A stretch of DNA of 35,515 nt, from positions 1 through 35,515 of the forward strand of contig JBFMGU010000103.1 in assembly GCA_040752415.1 (NCBI GenBank). Reading direction: 5' to 3'. Both the position numbers and the translations under genes were made by a program. This DNA comes from Myxococcota bacterium (GTDB lineage: Bacteria; Myxococcota; JACRCW01). The notes under the pieces are model-generated. The model made no database searches. It saw only the letters and a list, made by a program, of their open reading frames with translations, and was not told the DNA's origin. Each line of letters starts with the position of its first letter. Within the stretch, counting starts at the first letter, position 1. Shown in pieces: positions 8,660 to 17,400 of the stretch.

Positions 8660-9650
8660 CGCTTTCCCTGTAGGTGCGCACCTGGGTGACTTCAAAGAAG
8701 TTCTGCGCCCACCCGGCCGCGCCCTCCTCCGGCGCCTTGAAGAGCTTCCCCGTGTCGCCATCGACGTAGAATCGACCGCCCGAGCTGGTCGCCGGATCCT
8801 TGAACTCGTAGAAGATGCGTCCGGCGTCGTCGTACCCGCGTCCATCGATCACAACGAAGTGATCGGTGAGATGGTCGGTGTTGTACTTGTCGTCTTTGTA
8901 GCTGACGCCGGCGATCACGGGGCGACCCGCATCCAGGCACTTGTCAATGTAGTTCTGGGCAATCTGCGCCTGCAGCGCGTCTGACACCACGCGTCCCTCC
9001 GTGTCTTCCATGTACGCGATCTGCACTGCCTCCGGCGGGCCATTCAGCGTACCGCCCGAACCACCCTGCCGGTGGTTGAACTCGTTCACCATCGCCTCAG
9101 CGGTCTTGAAGCAGAACTTGTTGCCCTGCGCCTTCTGATTCATTGCCTCCGCGTATTCAAACTGGTCCTTGGGAGGCACGCCCAATGATACCGGCTTCAA
9201 CCGCTGCCTCTCCGGCACCACCTGCGCGCTCCCCAGCGTCAGCACCGGCAGCGGCTCCTTGTGCGCCTCCTTGCCCGGGTTCAGGCGCGCCACCCCGAGG
9301 TTGCGGTTGACCTCTGCCTTCAACGCCTCGAACAGCTTCCCGCTCAAGGTGGGCTGCGGCACTTCGCCCTCGGCCGCCTTGGTCTGCATGCGGAAGGAAT
9401 TCTTGCTCTTGGTGTCAACGTCGTACCTGTCCACGACGTTGAACAGCTTCATGAACTCATCCCCGCGGATGATCTGATCAGGTCCCGCCAACGCCTTGAG
9501 CTCCTCCATGCCCACGCCCGCTTCCGCGAACGCCGCGCTGAGCTGGGGGCTCATGTTGTTGAGGTCTATGCAGCCTCTGAACTGGTCATTGCCGGTAAGC
9601 TCGCTTCCGGTCAGAGCATGCCAGAACTGGCTTCGGGTCACGGTGGTCAT
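8649..9650 (-). CDS. Protein with C-terminal papain-fold (peptidase C39-like) domain and uncharacterised N-terminal domain
   Basis: GGAGG RBS. Motifs LGVPPKDQ, KFCFKTA (Cys), LDAGRPVIAGV, TDHFVVIDGRG (His) and FKDP (Asp) occur in C39-like order. No signal peptide. Confidence 0.75.
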   Translation of the reverse strand: MTTVTRSQFWHALTGSELTGNDQFRGCIDLNNMSPQLSAAFAEAGVGMEELKALAGPDQIIRGDEFMKLFNVVDRYDVDTKSKNSFRMQTKAAEGEVPQPTLSGKLFEALKAEVNRNLGVARLNPGKEAHKEPLPVLTLGSAQVVPERQRLKPVSLGVPPKDQFEYAEAMNQKAQGNKFCFKTAEAMVNEFNHRQGGSGGTLNGPPEAVQIAYMEDTEGRVVSDALQAQIAQNYIDKCLDAGRPVIAGVSYKDDKYNTDHLTDHFVVIDGRGYDDAGRIFYEFKDPATSSGGRFYVDGDTGKLFKAPEEGAAGWAQNFFEVTQVRTYRESDGA

Positions 9651-9698
9651 CACGTCCTCCACGAAGACTACGATTCCATAGCACTTCCTGGCCCAACT

Positions 9699-9914
9699 CC
9701 ACGTTCATGCCGTTGCGCTCGTTCGCCTTGGGCCTGGGGCGTTTTCTCGTCGGAGGAGCACGGTACGTTCACCGATTGCCCCCCTTCCCCCAGCCCGGTG
9801 ACGACGGAAGATCGGGTCTGGGGAAAGGGGCGAACGAGCGCAACGGCATGAACGTGGGGGGTTGGGTGTTCGCCAAACTCGCCGACATGGGCAGCTGGTT
9901 CTGACGCAGGCCCC
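9699..9914. repeat. Palindromic module B, copy 2 (perfect 29-bp inverted repeat) plus shared terminal motif
   Basis: CCACGTTCATGCCGTTGCGCTCGTTCGCC (9699-9727) is the exact reverse complement of 9829-9857. 9866-9914 resembles 775-823. Confidence 0.9.
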
Positions 9915-9969
9915 GGGCCCGCCGGCTGGGGTTGGGACCGCGCTGGACGACGCTGCGCGCGGCGCGTAG

Positions 9970-11358
9970 ATGCAACGCCCCATGAGGACGTCCTGCTGGA
10001 CCTGCGCACTCGTGACGTTGGCGCTGGGGTGTGACCCGGCGCGAGAGACTCCGCCAGACCCGCCCGCGGAAACGGCCGCATTCTCCGTCGTGACCGGCGC
10101 GCTCCTGGACCCGCTGGGTCGCCAGGTCATCCTGCGCGGCGCCAACGTCTCCGGCATGCAGAAGTACCCGCCGTACATTGACTTCCACACGGAGGCCGAC
10201 TTCCGGCGCATGCGCGACGAGTGGGCCATGAACTCCGCGCGCTACCTGCTCTCCTGGGCCGCGGTGATGCCGCAGCGTGGCGTCGTCGACGAGACGTACC
10301 TGGCCAGGGTGAAGGAGCGCATGGACTGGGCCGCCCATGCGGGGATCCTGGTGATCCTGGACATGCACCAGGACGTCTACGGTGAGGGCTTTGGCGCCAA
10401 CGGTGCGCCACGCTGGACGTGTGATGAGTCGTACTACGCGGCCTACACACCCGACGACGACTGGTATCTCAACTACCTGGACCCCAACGTGGTGGCCTGC
10501 TTTGACGCGTTCTGGGCCGACGTGGCGCTGCAGCAGCTCTACTCCGACGCGTGGGTGGCGGTGGCCCGGACGTTGAAGGACCACCCCGCCGTGATTGGCT
10601 TTGACGTCATCAACGAGCCGTGGCTGGGCTCCTTCGCCATCGACGACTTCGAGCCCATGGCGCTGCAGCCCTTCTATGAGCTGGTGGTGGGTGCCATCCG
10701 CGCCGAGGAGCCGGACTGGGTGGCATTCCTGGAGCCGAGCAGCATGCGCAACCTGGGGCAGACCACGCGCCTGGCGGCGTTCCCGTTCCCCAACGTGGTC
10801 TATTCACCGCACAGCTATGACGCGGCCGCGGAGCGCGGCGAGGGGTTTGACGCGGAACGCCGGGCGGCCGTGTTCTCGACGGTAGCGGAGCTGGCGGAAG
10901 AAGCGCGCACGTTGAACGCGGCGTTGTGGATTGGTGAGTACGGCGGGCGGGAGAGCCACCCCGGCATCACCGAATACATGGACGCGGAGCTGGACGCCGC
11001 CGACCTGCACCGCGCCGGCGCCATGTACTGGGACTACTCGCGCAGCGACGGGTACGGTCTCCTCGACGTCGACGGCGCGGAGAAGACCACGCTGCTCAAC
11101 GCGGTGGTCCGCCCGGCGCCGCGGCTCGTCGACGGAACGGAGCTGCAGTGGGCCTATGACAGCGAGACCCGCACGCTGACCGTGCAATACCGCGCGCGCG
11201 GGAAGGCGACGACGGAGATTGTGGCGCCGGCCCGGGTGTATCCCGGTGGTGTTGCGGTGGAATGCGCGCAGTGCAGCGCCACGACGTCGGGACAGGACGT
11301 GCACGTGGAGGCGAGCGAAGGTGCGCAGGTGGTGATCACCGTCCGGCCCGCCAGCTGA
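9970..11358 (+). CDS. Glycoside hydrolase family 5, endoglycoceramidase-like lipoprotein
   Basis: Lipobox LALGC; GRQVILRGANV, LDMHQDVY, acid/base INEP, YSPHSY, nucleophile IGEYG; C-terminal beta-sandwich (RPAPRLVDGT...YP.G). Confidence 0.9.
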   Translation: MQRPMRTSCWTCALVTLALGCDPARETPPDPPAETAAFSVVTGALLDPLGRQVILRGANVSGMQKYPPYIDFHTEADFRRMRDEWAMNSARYLLSWAAVMPQRGVVDETYLARVKERMDWAAHAGILVILDMHQDVYGEGFGANGAPRWTCDESYYAAYTPDDDWYLNYLDPNVVACFDAFWADVALQQLYSDAWVAVARTLKDHPAVIGFDVINEPWLGSFAIDDFEPMALQPFYELVVGAIRAEEPDWVAFLEPSSMRNLGQTTRLAAFPFPNVVYSPHSYDAAAERGEGFDAERRAAVFSTVAELAEEARTLNAALWIGEYGGRESHPGITEYMDAELDAADLHRAGAMYWDYSRSDGYGLLDVDGAEKTTLLNAVVRPAPRLVDGTELQWAYDSETRTLTVQYRARGKATTEIVAPARVYPGGVAVECAQCSATTSGQDVHVEASEGAQVVITVRPAS

Positions 11359-11454
11359 GCGCCTCGATTCACGCTGACGTCGGGGGCCACGCTGACCCCG
11401 TGGGCATCCGCCGCGCCATTGACGAGCGCGGGCCCGCAACGTCACAACCGGCCC

Positions 11455-12558
11455 ATGCGACCCGCTGAACCGCTGGCCCTGCAGGCCCTGACTCCCGAGG
11501 CCATGGTCCGCGCCATCCCCGGCGTGCCGCTCGGCCACGCGCGCAAGCTGGTGGCGCAGATCCACCGTGACGAGGTCATCCACACCGCCAGCCAGGTCTC
11601 GCGTGCGTCGGTGGAGCTGCTGCGGGAGCGGGGTCATGTGCCCACGCTGGAGGTGGTGGAAGAGGCCCCCAGCCAGGTGGACCCGTTCGTGAAGTACGTG
11701 CTGCGCACGCCGGACGGTCAGCTCGTCGAGGCGGTGCGCATCCCCCTGCACAAGGAGCGCCGCTTCAGCGTGTGCGTCAGCTCGCAGGTGGGCTGCGCGT
11801 TGGCCTGCGCGTTCTGCGCCACGGGCCGCCTGGGTCTCACGCGCAACCTCGAGACGTGGGAGATGGTGGAACAGGTCCGCGTGGTCCACCGCGGGCTCAA
11901 GCGGGACGGCCTCGGCCGCGTCCACGGCGTGGTCTTCCAGGGCATGGGGGAGCCGCTCTCCAACCTGGACCGCGTGCTCGTCGCCATTGACGTGCTCAGT
12001 GAGCCCACCGCGCTCAGCGTGGACCAGCGCGCCATCACGGTGAGCACCTCGGGTCTGCCGGTCGGTATCCGTCGCCTGGCGCGGGAAGCGCCCAAGGTGC
12101 GCCTGGCCTGGTCACTGCACAGTGCGCGCGCGCCGGTGCGACGCAACCTGATGCCCATTGATGCCGCACACCCGCTGGAGGAGGTCTTTGACGCCGTGGC
12201 GGAGCACGCGGTGGCCACCGGCTATGCGCCGCTATGGTCCATCACGCCGCTGCTGGGCATCAATGACGACGAAGCGGAGGCCCGCGCGGTGGCCGAGCTG
12301 GCGGTTCGCTTCGCGGAGCGGACCGGGGTGCGACCGCGCATCAGCATCATCCCCTACAACCGCATCGACACCGACGAGCGCGACCCCTTCCGCCGCTCCA
12401 CCGACGAGCGCGCGGCGCGCTTCCGGACGGTGATGACGGAGTACAAGGTCTTCCCCATCGAGCGCTACAGCGGCGCGGGCGACGTGGGTGGTGCGTGCGG
12501 ACAGCTTGCCCGCTCCGCGCGCGAGTGTGACCGTGCTTCCGTCGGGACTCCCCGGTGA
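11455..12558 (+). CDS. RlmN/Cfr-family radical SAM methyltransferase (divergent paralogue)
   Basis: CVSSQVGCALACAFC (CxxxCxxC), QGMGEP, TVSTSG, SLHS, IPYN, GACGQL. Confidence 0.9.
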   Translation: MRPAEPLALQALTPEAMVRAIPGVPLGHARKLVAQIHRDEVIHTASQVSRASVELLRERGHVPTLEVVEEAPSQVDPFVKYVLRTPDGQLVEAVRIPLHKERRFSVCVSSQVGCALACAFCATGRLGLTRNLETWEMVEQVRVVHRGLKRDGLGRVHGVVFQGMGEPLSNLDRVLVAIDVLSEPTALSVDQRAITVSTSGLPVGIRRLAREAPKVRLAWSLHSARAPVRRNLMPIDAAHPLEEVFDAVAEHAVATGYAPLWSITPLLGINDDEAEARAVAELAVRFAERTGVRPRISIIPYNRIDTDERDPFRRSTDERAARFRTVMTEYKVFPIERYSGAGDVGGACGQLARSARECDRASVGTPR

Positions 12559-12596
12559 GCCGCGCGCCGCGTGCTCCCCACGGCTATCCCGCGCTG

Positions 12597-13175
12597 ATGA
12601 GCCTGCTGACGGGGACGGAGTTCTCGTCGCTGCTGTGGATGCTGGGTGTTTCGCTGTTCCTGGGCGGCATGGGCGCGCTCGTCGGGCTCAGCGGGGATGA
12701 GATGCTCCTGACGGCATTCCTCGTCGTCATGGGGGTGCCGGTTCCCGTGGCGTTCCTCTACGGCCTGCTGCGCTACCCCGCCTTCCGTGACTGGCGCGCC
12801 CGCCTTCCCTTCCGCACCACCGGCGAGTGGAGCTCCCTGGCGGTTCCCTCCAACGACGACACCTGGCACCCCAGCGTCATCCTGGTCACGTTGCGCACGC
12901 CGGGCGCTGAGAAGCAGCACGCCGTGGAGGACCTCCTGCGAAGGTTCTGTGACAACGCCAATCGCTCGCTGCTGCGCGGGGACTTCGGGACCTCCGCGGC
13001 CACGTGGACCGCCAAGGGCCTCACCGCACGGGGCGACCTGGGCGGACGCGTGGGGTGGAAGCTCTACCGCTTCGTGACGTCGGAGCTCGCGCGTTGTGGG
13101 GACTCCGTCGAGTGCGTGGACCTGAAGATGGGCGAGGGGCACCGCGTGCACATCGCGCCGGACACCATGAGCTGA
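12597..13175 (+). CDS. Hypothetical membrane protein (two N-terminal TM helices)
   Basis: Two hydrophobic helices followed by a soluble domain; GC3-rich codons. Alternative GTG start at 12555 overlaps the upstream stop. Confidence 0.65.
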   Translation: MSLLTGTEFSSLLWMLGVSLFLGGMGALVGLSGDEMLLTAFLVVMGVPVPVAFLYGLLRYPAFRDWRARLPFRTTGEWSSLAVPSNDDTWHPSVILVTLRTPGAEKQHAVEDLLRRFCDNANRSLLRGDFGTSAATWTAKGLTARGDLGGRVGWKLYRFVTSELARCGDSVECVDLKMGEGHRVHIAPDTMS

Positions 13176-14150
13176 TCATCCCACCGGCGTGCGCTCCCGC
13201 ATCCACGTCGTCAGGTGGGCCATGGCCGCGGCGGCGTCCGGCGAGTACTGCGCGAAGAACACCGGCGAATGCGCGCAGCGCTCCACCTGGTGGAGCTCGG
13301 CAACACCGCCGGCCACGCGCACCTTGTCCACCAGCTCCGCGTTCTCGTCGCGCAGGCGCTCGGAGGCTCCCACCACCACGAGCAGGGGCGGCAGCCGGCC
13401 CAGCTCACCGTTGAGCAGCGAGATGCGTGGATCCTCCAGCGGGATGGTGCCGGCGAACATGTGCGCGTACGCGGTGAGATGCGTGACGTCGCCCCAGTCC
13501 TGCGCGTCATTGGCCACCACCGACGGGCGCGAGCCGGTGAGGTCCAGCCACGCCGACGCCAGCATGGCCCCCGCGGGTTGCGGCAGTCCCCGGTCACGAC
13601 ACGCCATCACCAGCGCCAGCGCCAGGTGCCCGCCCGCGCTCTCCCCCGCCACCGTCACGCGCGTCGACGGCGTGTGCGCGAGAATGGCCTGGTAGACCGC
13701 GAGCGCGTCGTCGAGCTGCGCGGGGTAGGGATGCGCCGGCGCCTGCCGGTAGTCCGGGGCAAGCACGCGCGCCCGCGCGCCCAGGGCCACGCGCGCCAGC
13801 ACGTCCGCGTGGGTACGCGTGGAGCCAAACACGTACGCGCCGCCGTGGAGATAGAGCACGGTGCGGTCGCCCTCGCGCTCGGGGGGATCCACCTGCGCGC
13901 ACGACACGCCGCCGACGTCGACCGTCATGACGCGGACCTGGCGGGTGGCGGGCGTGGCCTGCGCGCGCTTCTCGTATTCACGGCGCATCAGCGGCGGCGG
14001 AAGCGAGGCCAGGTGGTTGAAGTCACGGCCCAGGTACGTCGTGGCGGCGTCCACCACGAAGGGCCAGCCCTGGCGGGGAGAGCGTCCCAGCAGGCGTCTC
14101 CACACCGTGGTCCACAACCCAACCTGGAGGTTCAGGAACATGCGCAGCAT
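13176..14150 (-). CDS. Alpha/beta hydrolase, hormone-sensitive-lipase (family IV) esterase
   Basis: LYLHGGAY oxyanion motif, PDYRQAP.HPYPA..DD, GESAGG nucleophile elbow, E.LRD, C-terminal His. Confidence 0.93.
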   Translation of the reverse strand: MLRMFLNLQVGLWTTVWRRLLGRSPRQGWPFVVDAATTYLGRDFNHLASLPPPLMRREYEKRAQATPATRQVRVMTVDVGGVSCAQVDPPEREGDRTVLYLHGGAYVFGSTRTHADVLARVALGARARVLAPDYRQAPAHPYPAQLDDALAVYQAILAHTPSTRVTVAGESAGGHLALALVMACRDRGLPQPAGAMLASAWLDLTGSRPSVVANDAQDWGDVTHLTAYAHMFAGTIPLEDPRISLLNGELGRLPPLLVVVGASERLRDENAELVDKVRVAGGVAELHQVERCAHSPVFFAQYSPDAAAAMAHLTTWMRERTPVG

Positions 14151-14404
14151 GCGGCCACACTATGACCACCCCGACCCGCCCGCCATGACCCGTCGGGCGG
14201 CCCCGACGTGGCGCACGTCGTCTGGCCGGATGGGCCGGTGGACCCGATCCAGGGCGGTGCTGCACGTCGTGGCGCGCTCAACCGCCTTTGCACCGCACTC
14301 CAGGACGCCGCTGCTTCCGCTCACCCGCTTCGTGATGCACTTGGCGGAAAGTGTCCCGCCCACCTTTTCCTGACGCATTCCCTTCCGGGGTTCCCACCAG
14401 GGGT

Positions 14405-17400
14405 TCAGAACAGCTTCTTGACGTCGTCAATGGCCTTGTTGATCTGACAGTTGATGCCCTTGCAGGCCTTCTTCTTCTTGGCCGTCTTCTTCGGCAGGGG
14501 ATTGGCCAGCACCTCCTCCACCTTGGTGAAGACCTCGTCCTCGTCGGGCGGCGGCTTCTTGCGGTAGGCCTTGATGCGCTTGTTGTAGGTGTCGTCCCAG
14601 CGCTCGCACTTCTTCATCTTCGTGATCGGCTCGGCGTGCCAGGTCTCGTAGGTGATCTCGCCGCAGTGGCTGATGGTCCAGCCGTGCTTGCGCCAGATGT
14701 CCATCGTGGCGTCGGGCAGGCCCCAGATGCCGTGGTCGTAGTCCTCCTTGGCGCTGGTCACCCACGCCTCCACGATCTTGCCGCGGTGCTTGTCGCTCTT
14801 CGCCTTCTTGAGCGCGTCCTTCTCGATGCGACGGATGACCTCGCGGAACCGCTCCGCGCCCTCCTCCGTCTGCAGGTCCTCCAGGAAGATCACTTTTCCC
14901 TCGACACCCAGCGTCAGCGGGTTCTTGCCGGTGGCCTCCACGCGCGAGATGTCCGCCGCGTTCACGAAGTGGTTGGAGGTGCCGGGCTTGGCGGCCAGCT
15001 TGGGAGTGGCGTCGCGCAGCTGCTGCTGCCGGGCGTTGTTGCGCCACAGGAAGTTGGCCCGCACCACCAGGCCCAGCTCCTTCTGGATGTCCTGCGCAAT
15101 CTTGTGCACCGCCTCCGCCGTGGGCATGCGCCCCAGGGGCCGTTGCGGTTTGCCGGAGCGGTCCTTGCCCGGAAGCTTCAGGAAGACGATCAGCGCGTCG
15201 GGGTCATCCACCTTCCCCGCCACCTTGGCGCTCACGCGGTTGAAGCCAATCATCATGAAGTCCTCGGGCAGGTCCGCGTTGACCTCGTCATTGGCCTCCT
15301 TCTCGTCGGGGGGCATGAGGTAGGGCTCCCAGGGCCCGGCCTGCAGCGCCAGGTCCCGCGCGCGCAGCAGGTAGCCCTCCGAGGGCGGCCGTGAGCCGCG
15401 GTAGCGCTTGATGCGCTCGTTGTACGCCTCGTTCCAACGCTCACAGGTCTTCACCGTGCGGATGGGCTCAGCGTGGAAGCTCTCGGTGGGCACCTCCCCG
15501 CAGTGCCCCACCGTCCAGCCATTGCGACGCCAGATCTCCATCGTCGCGTCGGCCAGGCCCCACACGCCGGCCTCGTAGTCCTCACGCGCGGAGTCCACCC
15601 AGCCCTGCACAATCTCCTTCACCTTCCTGGGCGCCTTCTTGATCTCCTCCTGCTCGATGCGACGGATCACCGCGCGGAACCGCTCCAGCCCGTCCTCGTC
15701 GGAGAGGTCCTCCAGGAAGATCACCTTGCCGTCGATGCCCACCGTCAGCGGATTCTTCCCGGAAGCATCCTGCCGCGAGACATCCACCGCCCCCACCAGG
15801 TGCCGCGCATCACCGGGCGCGCTGGTGAGTGCGGGGGCCAGCCTGAGCAGCTCCGCGTGCGCCCCGTTGCTGCGCCATCCTTCGGTGACACGGAGCTGCA
15901 GACCCAGCTCATTGTGGATCTGCTGCGCCACCTTGAAGATCACCTGCGCGCTGGGAAGACGCAGCACCACCTTCTGCGGCTCGCCGTGGCGGTCGGTGCC
16001 CTCGAGCGGGAGGACCACCACGGGTGCGTCGGGCTTGTCCACGCCCTCGGCCAGCGCCGCGGCCACCAGGTTGGGCCCCACCTGCACGCCGTCCTTCACG
16101 GTGGCGTTGTGCTTCTCGGTGGCGGCCTGTTCCCTGGCGTCCAGCGTGTGCGCGGTCCACGGGCCCTCGGGGAGCACCGGCGGCGGCGCGGCGCTCTCTC
16201 CCGCGCTGGCGTCGGCAGCGGGTCGCAACATCACCACCGCGCCCACCACCACCACGAGGAGCCCCAGCGTGGCGCCAATGACAATGCCCAGCTGCACGGT
16301 GGTCAGCTTGCGACGCGTCTTGGCGGGCACCTGCACGGTCTCCACCGTGACGGGGAAGCCAGGCGACGCGGCGTTCTCCGTCGGGGGAACAGCGTTCTCC
16401 GACGACGGAGCTGGCGCTTGTGCGTCCGCGGGAGGGGATGGCGGGGCGGGCGCCCGACGGGCGGGTTTGGCGGCGGGCTCGTCGAGGAGGAGGGAGGCGG
16501 CGTCGGAGGCGGCCTGCACCAGCATCATGGTTGCCGACGGGTTGGCGGAAGCGGGCAGCTCCTGCGCGGGCGCGGTGCCGGGTGCGGCCCAGATGTCCTC
16601 GTCCTCGCCGCGCGGGTCGAAGGGCGAGGGAGCCATCACTGGTGGCGCGCCCAACGACGGCGCCGGGGGCCTGCTGGGCGCGGGACGCTGGCGCGGCGGC
16701 GCGGGGGCGGGACGGGGCGGCTCCGGCGAGGTGCCCACCACACGCGTGGAATCGGCGGGGTCCTCGTCGACGGGAGGACGGGAGAGCACCGCGGGAGCGG
16801 CGGGCGCCATGCGCGTGGAGTCCGCGGGATCGTCGTCAACCGGCTTGCGCGCGAGCACGGCGGGAGGCGCGGGCGGGAAGGAGCCCACCATGGTGGCGTC
16901 GCCGGGTTCCTGCGGTTGCGGAAACGGCTCCTCGTCGGGGAAGAGCGAGGACGGGGCTCCCGCCATCACCGTGGAGTCCTCGCGCTCCTGCGGCGCCGCC
17001 TTGGGAAGCACCGCGGCCGCGGGTCGGGCCGGCAGCAACGGAGCCGAGACCGCCACCGTGGAATCCTCCCGCTCCACCGGGGCGACCTTGGGGAGCACCG
17101 CGCTTCCCGACGGAGGACGCGCACTGGGCGGCGGCGGCCGGATGGAATCCAGCGAGACCTGGACGGTGTGATCCGGGTTCTCCTCCTCGACGGGTGGCGC
17201 GCTCACCACCGGCCGGCGCGGACCACTCGTCGACGGCACCGGCGCGTTGCGCGGACCACTCGTCGACGGAACCGGCGCGTTGCGCGGACCGCTCGTCGCG
17301 GGGACCGGCACGGCGCGCGGCGAGGAGACCTGCGGCACCGGCGCGTTGCGGGGACCGCTCGTCGCGGGGACCGGCGCGGCGCGTGGCGAGGAGACCTGCG

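Noticed and set aside
11455..12558. Calling the radical SAM gene cfr (resistance) or rlmN
   Set aside because: Family membership is clear, but the motif deviations prevent orthologue assignment without a phylogeny.
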